Source: Promethearchaeota archaeon (GTDB lineage Archaea; Asgardarchaeota; Lokiarchaeia; Sigyniarchaeales; SOKP01). Taken from it: a stretch of 27,452 nucleotides of DNA. Location of the stretch: NCBI GenBank assembly GCA_048940445.1, contig JBHLON010000041.1, forward strand, positions 1 to 27,452, read 5' to 3'. The translations under genes were made by a program, and so were the position numbers. The notes under the pieces were generated by a model. That model saw only the letters and a list, made by a program, of their open reading frames with translations. It ran no database searches and was not told the DNA's origin. Below, piece after piece: positions 1 to 8,703 of the stretch (positions are counted from its first letter, which is position 1; each line of letters begins with the position of its first letter).

Positions 1-171
1 ATGGCTAAAAATGCTGTTGATAAGGGTGCTGTTGGTGTAGATATGGGAAGAAATATTTTTGAATCAGACAGTCCGATAGGTATGATTCAAGCAGTAAGGG
101 CAATAGTGCATGAAAATGTTTCATTAGATGATGCATTTGAAATTTACAAAAATGGTCCAAAAGGATTATAA
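1..171 (+). CDS. lsrF: C-terminal fragment of an LsrF-like class I aldolase/thiolase (DhnA family); 5' end lies outside the window
   Basis: Frame 1 reads MAKNAVDKGAVGVDMGRNIFESDSPIGMIQAVRAIVHENVSLDDAFEIYKNGPKGL* (TAA 169-171). GVDMGRNIF..D.P..M..AV.A.VH is the LsrF-type C-terminal signature. Confidence 0.8.
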   Translation: MAKNAVDKGAVGVDMGRNIFESDSPIGMIQAVRAIVHENVSLDDAFEIYKNGPKGL

Positions 172-191
172 TTTTTTTATATTTTTTTCTT
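172..191 (+). terminator. Probable archaeal oligo-U terminator
   Basis: Two T7 runs (TTTTTTTATATTTTTTTCTT) directly after the stop codon. Confidence 0.45.
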
Positions 192-267
192 GTCTAATTT
201 AGTTTGCAATTTTAAATACTAAGCTATGTAAATTATAATATAACTTAAAAAATAGGGTAAGTTATAA

Positions 268-1725
268 TTGAATATCGCATTAATTAACCCTGGACCGGGT
301 ACGATTTTGGATAGGGGTAGGCTTCAAGCAAATGCTGATCATCTTTATCCTCCTTTAGGAATGTGTTATGTAAGTGCTGTTTTAAAGAAAGAGAATTATA
401 GTGTTAACATAATTGACCAGGCTGCAATGGGACTTAATTTAGGTCAAATAGTTGAATGGATTAAAAAAGTCGATCCTGATATTTTAGGATTCTCGACATT
501 AACAACTTCAGGTTCAGGGATTAGTGCTGCCATAACAGCAAAAAAGATTAAAAAGTGGAACCCGAACATTAAGATTGTATTTGGAAATCGTCATGCCACT
601 GTTAATGATTGTAGGATTTTAAATAAGTATCCAGAAGTAGATATGTGCGTTAGAGACGAGGGAGAATATACATTTTTAGAACTAATTAAAGCTTTTGAAA
701 AAAATCTTCCTTTAAAAAGTATTAAGGGGATAACCTATAGAAGCAATGGAAATATAATTCAAAATGAAAAACGAAAATTAATTGAAGATTTAGATGCATT
801 GCCCTTTCCTGATAGAGATTCTTTAAATTTCAGATATAGCGTGAGTTATGGTAAAATAGAATTGTTCCCAGAAAAAAGTGCTTCATTTGTTTCTTCTCGT
901 GGATGTCCATATCAGTGTACCTTTTGTTATGGAAAAAGAAATGTGGGATATAGAAGTCGCTCAGTCGAGAACATTCTAGAGGAAATTTTATATTTAGAGA
1001 GCGAGGGATACAAATCAATAATTTTTGTAGATGATAATTTTACTGTATCTAAGAAAAAAGTGATAAAACTTTGTAAATTACTGCGAAGTAATAAGGTTGA
1101 TATGAATTGGTTTTGTGAGGGACGGGTAAATCAAGTGTCAGATGAAATGTTGAAAGAAATGCAACGTGCTAACTGTAGAACTCTTTATTATGGTATAGAA
1201 AGTGCAAATCAGAGAATTCTTGACTATTACAGAAAAGAGATTACTCCCACACAATCAATTTTAGCCGTAAAAAAAGCCAGAAAAGCAAAAATTCCCTTTG
1301 TTATTGGTTCTTTTGTTGTTGGAGCACCAGGAGAATCTTACGAGGAAATCTACAACACTTTAAAATTCCCTCAGAAATTGGATATAGATTTTCCACTCTA
1401 TAATATTCTAGGAACCGCACCAGGATCTGATATTTGGGATGAGTTAGTAGAGAGTAATCTCATAGATGAAGAGAAATTTTGGGAAGAAGGTCTTCGCGTT
1501 TCAGATGTGGACCCAAACGGAGTACCAACAAAAGTAATATCAAATTTAGTAAATAAAATGCTAAGAGAATTTTTTACAAATCCTAAATACTTGTCAAAAG
1601 CAATGATTAGGTTTACAAGGAGCAAATATAGAGCACTGAAATATATTAGTATTTTTTTTCATAATCTTAAAAATTTTAAAGATTTCCAAGGGGTTAAATC
1701 CTTTTGGAATCCTGACAATGTTTGA
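268..1725 (+). CDS. Cobalamin-binding radical SAM enzyme (class B methyltransferase-like), paralogue 1
   Basis: N-terminal B12-binding domain (YPPLG, DILGFS, VFGNRHAT, GEYT), SSRGCPYQCTFC CxxxCxxC motif, FVDDNF, GIESANQRIL; TTG start. Confidence 0.9.
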   Translation: MNIALINPGPGTILDRGRLQANADHLYPPLGMCYVSAVLKKENYSVNIIDQAAMGLNLGQIVEWIKKVDPDILGFSTLTTSGSGISAAITAKKIKKWNPNIKIVFGNRHATVNDCRILNKYPEVDMCVRDEGEYTFLELIKAFEKNLPLKSIKGITYRSNGNIIQNEKRKLIEDLDALPFPDRDSLNFRYSVSYGKIELFPEKSASFVSSRGCPYQCTFCYGKRNVGYRSRSVENILEEILYLESEGYKSIIFVDDNFTVSKKKVIKLCKLLRSNKVDMNWFCEGRVNQVSDEMLKEMQRANCRTLYYGIESANQRILDYYRKEITPTQSILAVKKARKAKIPFVIGSFVVGAPGESYEEIYNTLKFPQKLDIDFPLYNILGTAPGSDIWDELVESNLIDEEKFWEEGLRVSDVDPNGVPTKVISNLVNKMLREFFTNPKYLSKAMIRFTRSKYRALKYISIFFHNLKNFKDFQGVKSFWNPDNV

Positions 1726-1739
1726 ATTATAAAATAGCA

Positions 1740-3206
1740 GTGAATAATATTAAAATCGCACTAATTAATCCAGGACCGGGAGAAAGCCTGCAAAGAGGTA
1801 GAATTCTTGCAAATGCTGATCGTGGTTACCCCCCTTTAGGGATCTGTTACTTAAGTTCCATGTTAAAGGAACATAATTACAATGTTGATTTAATTGACCA
1901 AGCCGCAACAAATTTAAATTTAGACGATCTAATGAAATGGATAAAAAAATTAGATCCCGAAATCATTGGATTTTCTACTCTAACAGTGTCTGGTTCAGGA
2001 ATGAATGCTGCTTTAATTGCCAGAGAAATAAAAAAGTGGAATTCTGAAGTAAAAATTGTATTTGGGAATCGTCATGCTACTGTTAATGATTATAAAATTT
2101 TAAATAAATACCCTCAAGTAGATATTTGTGTAAGGGATGAAGGTGAGTTTACATTTTTAGAACTTGTAAGAGCACTTGAGAGAAGAGAATCACTACAAGA
2201 TATTAATGGTATAACTTATAGAAGCAATGGAAGGATTATTCGAAATGATAAGCGAGAGCTAATTGAGAATCTCGACATTTTACCATTTCCCGACAGGAAA
2301 TCGTTGAATTTTAATTATAAAGGGAGTTATGGTAATTTAGATCTAGGTCCGGAGAAATTTGCTATGATCATCTCTTCCCGAGGATGCCCTTATCAATGCA
2401 CATTTTGTTATGGAAGAAGAAAGGTTGGATTCAGAGTAAGATCAATTGAAAATGTAATGGAAGAAATCCTCTATTTAGATAGCGAGGGATATAAAGCTTT
2501 AATTTTCACAGATGATAACTTTACATTTTCAAAAAAAAGAATAATAAAATTGTGCCAATTAATGCGAAAAAATAAAGTTGAGATGAATTGGTTTTGTGAA
2601 GGGAGAGTTAACCAGGTTTCTAATGAAATGCTAAGGGAAATGAGACGTAGTAATTGTAGACTTCTTATGTTTGGAATAGAAAGTGCAAATCAGAGATTTC
2701 TTGATTATTATAAGAAAAAAATAACCCCTGATCAATCAATATTGGCTGTAAAAAAAGCCAGAAAGGCAAAAATTCCTTTTATTGTAGGATCTTTTATAGT
2801 TGGTGGACCAAGTGAAAGTCTTACAGAAATATATAATACTTTAAAATTTGCCCAAAAATTAGATTTAGATTTTCCACTCTTTAACATTCTTGGTATAACT
2901 CCGGGAACTGATGTATGGGATGATATGGTAGAAAAGAAGTTCTTAGATGAAGAAATATATTGGGAGGAAGGTGTTCGAGTTTCAGATATAGATCCCGATG
3001 GTGTATCGACAAAAGTAATATCTAATTTGATTCTTAAAATGTTGAAAAAGTTTTTTAGCAATCCTAAATATTTGTTAAAAGCGCTCCTAAGAACTACTAT
3101 GAGTTCATATCGAGTCTCAAAGTTTCTAAACATTTTAACAACTAATATAAGTAATTTTGAAAATTTTCATGGAGTTAGATCCTTTTGGAATCCAGATTAT
3201 GTTTAA
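1740..3206 (+). CDS. Cobalamin-binding radical SAM enzyme, paralogue 2
   Basis: Same motifs (YPPLG, FGNRHAT, SSRGCPYQCTFC, GIESANQR). GTG 1740 is preferred over TTG 1722 because it aligns with the GTG start of paralogue 3. Confidence 0.88.
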   Translation: MNNIKIALINPGPGESLQRGRILANADRGYPPLGICYLSSMLKEHNYNVDLIDQAATNLNLDDLMKWIKKLDPEIIGFSTLTVSGSGMNAALIAREIKKWNSEVKIVFGNRHATVNDYKILNKYPQVDICVRDEGEFTFLELVRALERRESLQDINGITYRSNGRIIRNDKRELIENLDILPFPDRKSLNFNYKGSYGNLDLGPEKFAMIISSRGCPYQCTFCYGRRKVGFRVRSIENVMEEILYLDSEGYKALIFTDDNFTFSKKRIIKLCQLMRKNKVEMNWFCEGRVNQVSNEMLREMRRSNCRLLMFGIESANQRFLDYYKKKITPDQSILAVKKARKAKIPFIVGSFIVGGPSESLTEIYNTLKFAQKLDLDFPLFNILGITPGTDVWDDMVEKKFLDEEIYWEEGVRVSDIDPDGVSTKVISNLILKMLKKFFSNPKYLLKALLRTTMSSYRVSKFLNILTTNISNFENFHGVRSFWNPDYV

Positions 3207-3245
3207 TACAAAGAAATTAAATTATAATAATGATGATTTAAAAAG

Positions 3246-4712
3246 GTGAAAAAGTTTAAAGTCGCTTTAATTAACCCTGGGCCAGGACAAGTGATTCAGA
3301 AAGGAAGACAGCTTGCAAATGCAGATCATACTTATCCACCATTAGGAATGTGTTATGTAAGTGCTGTATTGAAGAAAGAAAATTATAATGTTGAAATGAT
3401 TGACCAGGCAGCTATGGGTTTAAGTTTACATGAAATTGTAAGATGGATTAAAAAGAAAGATCCAGACGTTCTTGGATTTTCAACTTTAACTGCGTCTGGT
3501 TCTGGAATTAGTGCAGCTAGAACTTCTAAAGAAGCGAAAAAATGGAATCCCAATATGAAGATTGTTTTTGGTAACCGCCATGCTACTGTCAATGACTTTA
3601 AAATTTTAAATAAATACCCTTATATTGATATTTGTGTTAGAGACGAGGGTGAATATACATTTTTAGAACTAATCAGAGCACTAGAACAAAATAACTCTTT
3701 AAAGGATATTAAAGGAATTACCTACAGGGTCAATGAACATATTAGAAGAAATAAAGACAGAGAATTGATTAGAAATCTTGATGCTCTACCATTTCCTGAT
3801 AGAAAATCACTCAATTTTAATTATAAAGGAACCTATGCCAATCTTGAATTTGCTCCAGAAGGCTTTACATCTATGGTTTCATCCAGAGGATGTCCTTATA
3901 AATGTAGTTTTTGTTATGGGAGTAGAAGTACTGGGTTCAGGACACGCTCAGTAGATAATATAATCAAGGAAATTCTATATTTAGAGAGCGAGGGATTTTC
4001 ATACATAAATTTTGTTGATGATAATTTTACTTTTTCTAAGAAAAGAGTCATTAAATTATGTCAATTGATGCGGAAAAATAAAGTTGATATAAATTGGATA
4101 TGTGAAGGAAGGGTTAATCAAGTGTCTGATCAGATGCTAAAGGAGATGCAACGAGCTAATTTTAGAATAATGTGTTACGGGGTAGAGAGTGCAAATCAAA
4201 GAATTCTAGATTATTACAATAAAGGAATTACACCCCAGCAATCTGTTCTAGCAATAAGAAAAGCGCGAAAGGCTAAAATTCCCTATCTTTTAAGTTCATT
4301 TATAGTTGGGGCTCCTGGCGAGACATTCAAAGAAATATATAGCACTTTAAAATTTGCCCAAAAATTGGATATAGATTTCCCACTTTTTAACCTTTTAGGA
4401 ACTATGCCTGGAACTGATATTTGGGATGAAATGGTGAATAAAAGTCTTATAGATGAGGAAAAATATTGGGAAGAGGGAGTTCATATTTCTGATATTGACC
4501 CTAATGGAGTTCCAACTGAGGAAATTTCTAATTTAATTTTAGTTATGCTCAAGCAATTTTTTGGGAACCCTAGGTATATTTTTAAAACCTTTTTAAGAAC
4601 TGTTTCGAGTTCATATAGAGCCTCATCATCAATTAAAATCATTTTACATAACATGAATAATTTCGAGGATTTTCATGGAGTTAGATCCTTCTGGAATCCA
4701 GATAATGTTTAA
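3246..4712 (+). CDS. Cobalamin-binding radical SAM enzyme, paralogue 3
   Basis: YPPLG, FGNRHAT, SSRGCPYKCSFC, FVDDNF, GVESANQRIL; GTG start. Confidence 0.9.
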   Translation: MKKFKVALINPGPGQVIQKGRQLANADHTYPPLGMCYVSAVLKKENYNVEMIDQAAMGLSLHEIVRWIKKKDPDVLGFSTLTASGSGISAARTSKEAKKWNPNMKIVFGNRHATVNDFKILNKYPYIDICVRDEGEYTFLELIRALEQNNSLKDIKGITYRVNEHIRRNKDRELIRNLDALPFPDRKSLNFNYKGTYANLEFAPEGFTSMVSSRGCPYKCSFCYGSRSTGFRTRSVDNIIKEILYLESEGFSYINFVDDNFTFSKKRVIKLCQLMRKNKVDINWICEGRVNQVSDQMLKEMQRANFRIMCYGVESANQRILDYYNKGITPQQSVLAIRKARKAKIPYLLSSFIVGAPGETFKEIYSTLKFAQKLDIDFPLFNLLGTMPGTDIWDEMVNKSLIDEEKYWEEGVHISDIDPNGVPTEEISNLILVMLKQFFGNPRYIFKTFLRTVSSSYRASSSIKIILHNMNNFEDFHGVRSFWNPDNV

Positions 4713-4754
4713 GTGAATGAATAACTATAGTAAAAAATTGGATGTTATATAAAC

Positions 4755-5819
4755 TTAAATTTCTGGTTCCATTTCTTCTGGTTCTAATATCACCTTTAAG
4801 GAGTTTTTTGCTTCACAAACCAATTTGAAGGCTTCATCAGCTTTATTTAAGGGAAATCTGTGTGTAATTAAATCTTCTACATTAATTCTTTTTGCTAAAA
4901 TCCAAGTATAAGCTTCTTGTAAATCATCGGGAGCAGCTCCATAAGAGGTCATAATTGTAATCTCATTTCTCCAATAATCATTGATAGGAATTTCTAATTT
5001 AACATCTGGTTCAGGGACAGCAAAAAATATTATTATCCCACCTGGAGCGATACATTCTAATGCTTGCTTTGCTGCTGCTACTGCTCCTGTACAAACAATT
5101 ACAACATCAGCTAAACGATTATCATTAAATTCTTTAATTTTAGAAGGAATATTATTATGAGTAGCATGAAGTACAACATCAGCACCAAATCTTTTAGCCA
5201 TATCTAATCTAAACTCGTCTAGATCTGTAGTAAAGATTTTCTCTGCTCCTCTCAGTCTTGCTAACTGAATATGTAGAATTCCTGAAACTCCAGAACCTAA
5301 TACTAGAATTGTTAATCCTTTTTTTATGTTAGCTAATCTTTGAGCACGACATACACATCCTAACGGTTCAATAAATACAGCTTCTTCATAAGATACTGAT
5401 GGGTCTAAAATATAAACACCTCTATTTTCGATATTAATCTTTGGTATTCTTACATATTCAGCAAAACCACCCGGATCAAAATTAGTATTATGCAAAAGAT
5501 TGCATGCTGTATGATGTCCCTGAATACAATAATGACAGCTAAAGCAGGGTACATGATGAGAAACGAATACACGATCTCCTACTTTAAACTTTTTTATCCC
5601 TTCTCCAACCTCAACAATGTCACCAGCAATTTCGTGACCAAGAATTAGATTGTCTACCCCAAGTTTTTTCATTTTCGCTAATCTATAATATTCTAAAATA
5701 TCAGAACCACAAATCCCTGATTTCTTTACTTTTACCAATAATTCTCCAGAGCCTATAGTTGGTTTCGGAATTTCATCCGGTCTCACATCATTATTATTAT
5801 AATATCTAGCTACTTTCAT
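4755..5819 (-). CDS. Zn-dependent medium-chain dehydrogenase (sorbitol/threonine dehydrogenase-like)
   Basis: GICGSD, LGHEIAG, structural-Zn CFSCHYC...C, IEPLGC, Rossmann GSGVSG. Confidence 0.92.
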   Translation of the reverse strand: MKVARYYNNNDVRPDEIPKPTIGSGELLVKVKKSGICGSDILEYYRLAKMKKLGVDNLILGHEIAGDIVEVGEGIKKFKVGDRVFVSHHVPCFSCHYCIQGHHTACNLLHNTNFDPGGFAEYVRIPKINIENRGVYILDPSVSYEEAVFIEPLGCVCRAQRLANIKKGLTILVLGSGVSGILHIQLARLRGAEKIFTTDLDEFRLDMAKRFGADVVLHATHNNIPSKIKEFNDNRLADVVIVCTGAVAAAKQALECIAPGGIIIFFAVPEPDVKLEIPINDYWRNEITIMTSYGAAPDDLQEAYTWILAKRINVEDLITHRFPLNKADEAFKLVCEAKNSLKVILEPEEMEPEI

Positions 5820-5986
5820 ACCTTCATTAAGAAAATAATCAATATATGTATCTTAAAGATATAATGATATGAAATTATTTAATATTTTATTTAGGGTGAT
5901 ATTAATTAGTTTAAGCAGTTTAAAGTTTAAATAAAAAAAAGATATTACTTCAATTAATATAAAATTATTTAATCAAGATAAGCTCC

Positions 5987-6436
5987 ATGAAAAATAGTGA
6001 TTTATCCTCAAAAGAATTGGAAGAAATCAAAAAAATCAAAATTGGTAAATGGGATATTATCTCTGAATATAGTCGAATTGACTGGCTAAAGAAGGGTCAC
6101 AGTGAAGAAGAAGCAAAAATTCATGGAATTGTAATAGCTGTAGTGGGTTATCAAGCTCGATTAGGAAAGCAAGTTCAGAAGTACCAAATCGAAGAAAAAG
6201 GTAAAGAAAAAGGTGTTTCATTAACTCACCGCAAAGAAGAGAAATGGATTACCACAAAAGATTTTGATAAAATTATTAATAAAATAGGAGAGAAATATTA
6301 TAAGACTATTTTTTCACCAGCTCTTGAAAATTTATACAATGAAGGTTACTCTTATGATGAGGTTAAAAAAAAAATTGATATACCTTCTAAAATTGGAGCG
6401 AAAATATCCTTAGATAAATTTATACCATTTTTATAA
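5987..6436 (+). CDS. Hypothetical protein (149 aa)
   Basis: ATG-start ORF with normal protein composition and no competing ORF; no family recognised with confidence. Confidence 0.75.
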   Translation: MKNSDLSSKELEEIKKIKIGKWDIISEYSRIDWLKKGHSEEEAKIHGIVIAVVGYQARLGKQVQKYQIEEKGKEKGVSLTHRKEEKWITTKDFDKIINKIGEKYYKTIFSPALENLYNEGYSYDEVKKKIDIPSKIGAKISLDKFIPFL

Positions 6437-6487
6437 AGTATTAATTTCTTAAATCTATCAAATAAAATTAAATTATAATAAGGTAGC

Positions 6488-6961
6488 ATGAGTAAAATGG
6501 TAGAAGTAAAAAAAGAACTTTTAGCGCCATGTGGGTTATATTGTGGGGTATGTTCAATTTATATCGCACATAGAGACAATAATGAGAAATTTAAGCAAGC
6601 TTTATTGCCCGTATATAAGGCTTTTGCTAAAAGTGTTGAAGATATAGCTTGTACAGGTTGTTTATCTTCTGGTATTGTTTTTCCTGTATGTAGAGCATGT
6701 CCAATTAAAAAATGTAATAAAGAAAAGGAGCTTGAAGGATGCTATCAATGCAATGATTTTCCTTGTAAATTTATCAATAACTTCCCCGTCCCCGTTGCGA
6801 AGAAAGTTATGTTACGAACTATTCCTTTTTGGAGAGAAAATGGAACACTAAAGTTTGTAGAAGAAGAGGAGAAAAGATATATCTGCCCGGAATGTGAAAA
6901 TTCTCTCTTTCGTGGCGTAAAAAAGTGTAATAAATGTGGACTGATAGTGGATTTAGATTAA
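6488..6961 (+). CDS. DUF3795-like Cys-rich protein with a C-terminal zinc ribbon
   Basis: APCGLYCGVC, CTGC, CRACPIKKC, CYQCNDFPC, then CPEC...CNKC; AAGGTAG SD-like motif before the ATG. Confidence 0.82.
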   Translation: MSKMVEVKKELLAPCGLYCGVCSIYIAHRDNNEKFKQALLPVYKAFAKSVEDIACTGCLSSGIVFPVCRACPIKKCNKEKELEGCYQCNDFPCKFINNFPVPVAKKVMLRTIPFWRENGTLKFVEEEEKRYICPECENSLFRGVKKCNKCGLIVDLD

Positions 6962-6986
6962 AAAATTAGAAAATAAATATGGTTAT

Positions 6987-7187
6987 TTACCTATGAGTTA
7001 AACTGCTTCTTAAAAGCATTTTGAAGGATGAATCTTCTAAATTGTTGTACATTTCCAATTCATCTTTTAAGAAATCTTTTAAAGCAATCCTAATGGCTTC
7101 GCTTCTTGATGGGTATACCCCTAGATCATTTAATGTCTGGATTGCGGCTAAATATTTTTCTGGCAGATTTATTGTTATGATCTTCAT
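6987..7187 (-). CDS. Ribbon-helix-helix (CopG/NikR-like) DNA-binding protein
   Basis: MKIITINLP...L..LGVYPSRSEAIRIALKDFL is a typical RHH pattern; ATG 7187 is preferred over TTG 7196. Confidence 0.88.
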   Translation of the reverse strand: MKIITINLPEKYLAAIQTLNDLGVYPSRSEAIRIALKDFLKDELEMYNNLEDSSFKMLLRSSLTHR

Positions 7188-7361
7188 TTTAATCAACCCT
7201 TAATAAATTAAAAATTGAAATTTTGAGAGGAGTTAGATTAATTATTAATTATATTTTGTCGGATTATATATAAATCATTTCTATTAATCCTTTAATGGTG
7301 TTAATGGCTTAATTCATAACGAATATCATAGAAAAAGGGAAATTAAAAAAATATAGGAGAC

Positions 7362-8114
7362 TTAATATAGTTTTTCAAATGATTTTACGCGCAAAACTAG
7401 AGAATATGCTGACTTGTATAATTCTGAATGACTCACTTCTTTAATATCTTTTAGGAATTTAATTGTATGATCTTCTTCTCGTTTGATATAAGTAATGTCC
7501 CTTGTTTTGTATTGGTAGTCTAAATAAACATCAATCTTAAGAATATTTTCATCTAGTTTTCCAGGTAATTGAGGCATCATGTTAAAAGTAAATATCAAGT
7601 CTGGTTCTGATTTGTTTTTGGCATTTATTACAAATACAATATTAGGTTGCAGATATGAAATAAAAGATTCCATAGAATGAAAGAGATCGTCAACTTTTAT
7701 GATTAATTTAGAATTATCTAAAGCGCTGCAATCACTTATTAAAGGGAGAGAAAATTTCTCTTTTCCACGAAAAGCTAATGAAATTTCATTAGAATTTAGA
7801 GATTTTTTAAAAACCTCATTATCTTTATCTAGGAGAAACTTATCAGAAATAGGAGAATTTTTACAATATATTACCATAGTACCGGCTGTAAGCAAATTGA
7901 TCTTTTGAAAATAGATTTTATGAATGGGACTGTATGGTAAGCTAATTATTTCTTTATTCCCCCCAAATCCAAGTTGTGCCATTAGATCCATAGAAACTTG
8001 ACTAGTGAGTGTAAATAGAAGGAAAGATCTAAAATCCTCAACCTCAATAAAATTAGTAAAATCTTTAAAATATCTGGAAACAATATCAATGCTCTCTTTA
8101 ACTTTTTCAGCCAT
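7362..8114 (-). CDS. Hypothetical protein (250 aa)
   Basis: Long ATG-start ORF; no motif recognised. Confidence 0.75.
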   Translation of the reverse strand: MAEKVKESIDIVSRYFKDFTNFIEVEDFRSFLLFTLTSQVSMDLMAQLGFGGNKEIISLPYSPIHKIYFQKINLLTAGTMVIYCKNSPISDKFLLDKDNEVFKKSLNSNEISLAFRGKEKFSLPLISDCSALDNSKLIIKVDDLFHSMESFISYLQPNIVFVINAKNKSEPDLIFTFNMMPQLPGKLDENILKIDVYLDYQYKTRDITYIKREEDHTIKFLKDIKEVSHSELYKSAYSLVLRVKSFEKLY

Positions 8115-8173
8115 TTTTAATCGAATTATGAATTTGATACTTTAGATTTTTGAAGGAATAATATTAATTAAGT

Positions 8174-8593
8174 TTATTCCCTATAATTAGAAAGAAATTT
8201 CCTTAAAGAATTTTTTATGTTTTGTGTGATATGATGCTCAATTTCATGCGTTATAGATTCAATTACTTGATCATCTTCAATTTTTAAAACTTCTCTGAAA
8301 AAAATTCTAAGCAATTCATGTATTTCATCAAGTTGAATTGCAATTTTTTTTCCTTCTTCAGTAAGTCTTATAGCCCTTCTAGGTTCCCATTTAATATAGC
8401 CTCTCTTTTTTAGTTTTTCAAGCATACCAGATACTGAAGCAGGTTCAACATGAAGTGTTTCAGCAATTTCTTTATTTGACACCCAGCCTCCTTTCTTTTT
8501 CTTTGAGATTTGAAAAATAACATCTAAATATCTTTGGAAACTTTCTTTAACGTTTAATATATCTGAGTCTTCAATTTGATTATTATTATTCAT
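8174..8593 (-). CDS. DtxR/MntR-family metal-dependent transcriptional regulator (no SH3/FeoA domain)
   Basis: RYLDVIF, EIAETLHVEPASVSGMLEKL HTH, IRLTEEG, HELLRIF, HEIEHHI metal-site motif. Confidence 0.9.
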   Translation of the reverse strand: MNNNNQIEDSDILNVKESFQRYLDVIFQISKKKKGGWVSNKEIAETLHVEPASVSGMLEKLKKRGYIKWEPRRAIRLTEEGKKIAIQLDEIHELLRIFFREVLKIEDDQVIESITHEIEHHITQNIKNSLRKFLSNYRE

Positions 8594-8703
8594 TTTAGAG
8601 AATGATCTTAAAATTTATGCTATGTATAATATCAATAATTATTAATAAAACTCTTTTTGTTTTTTAAATAAGCGAGAATTAATACAAACACGAGATATTA
8701 ATT

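Noticed and set aside
1723-1737. TGA read-through (selenocysteine) or fusion of radical SAM paralogues 1 and 2
   Set aside because: The TGA aligns with the TAA stops of the other two paralogues, an in-frame TAG follows three codons later, and paralogue 2 is in a different frame.
1398-3592. Antisense ORFs at 1398-1625, 2732-3133 and 3383-3592 (also 830-1018), two of which resemble each other
   Set aside because: They are shadows of the paralogous radical SAM genes, and their similarity follows from the sense-strand duplication.
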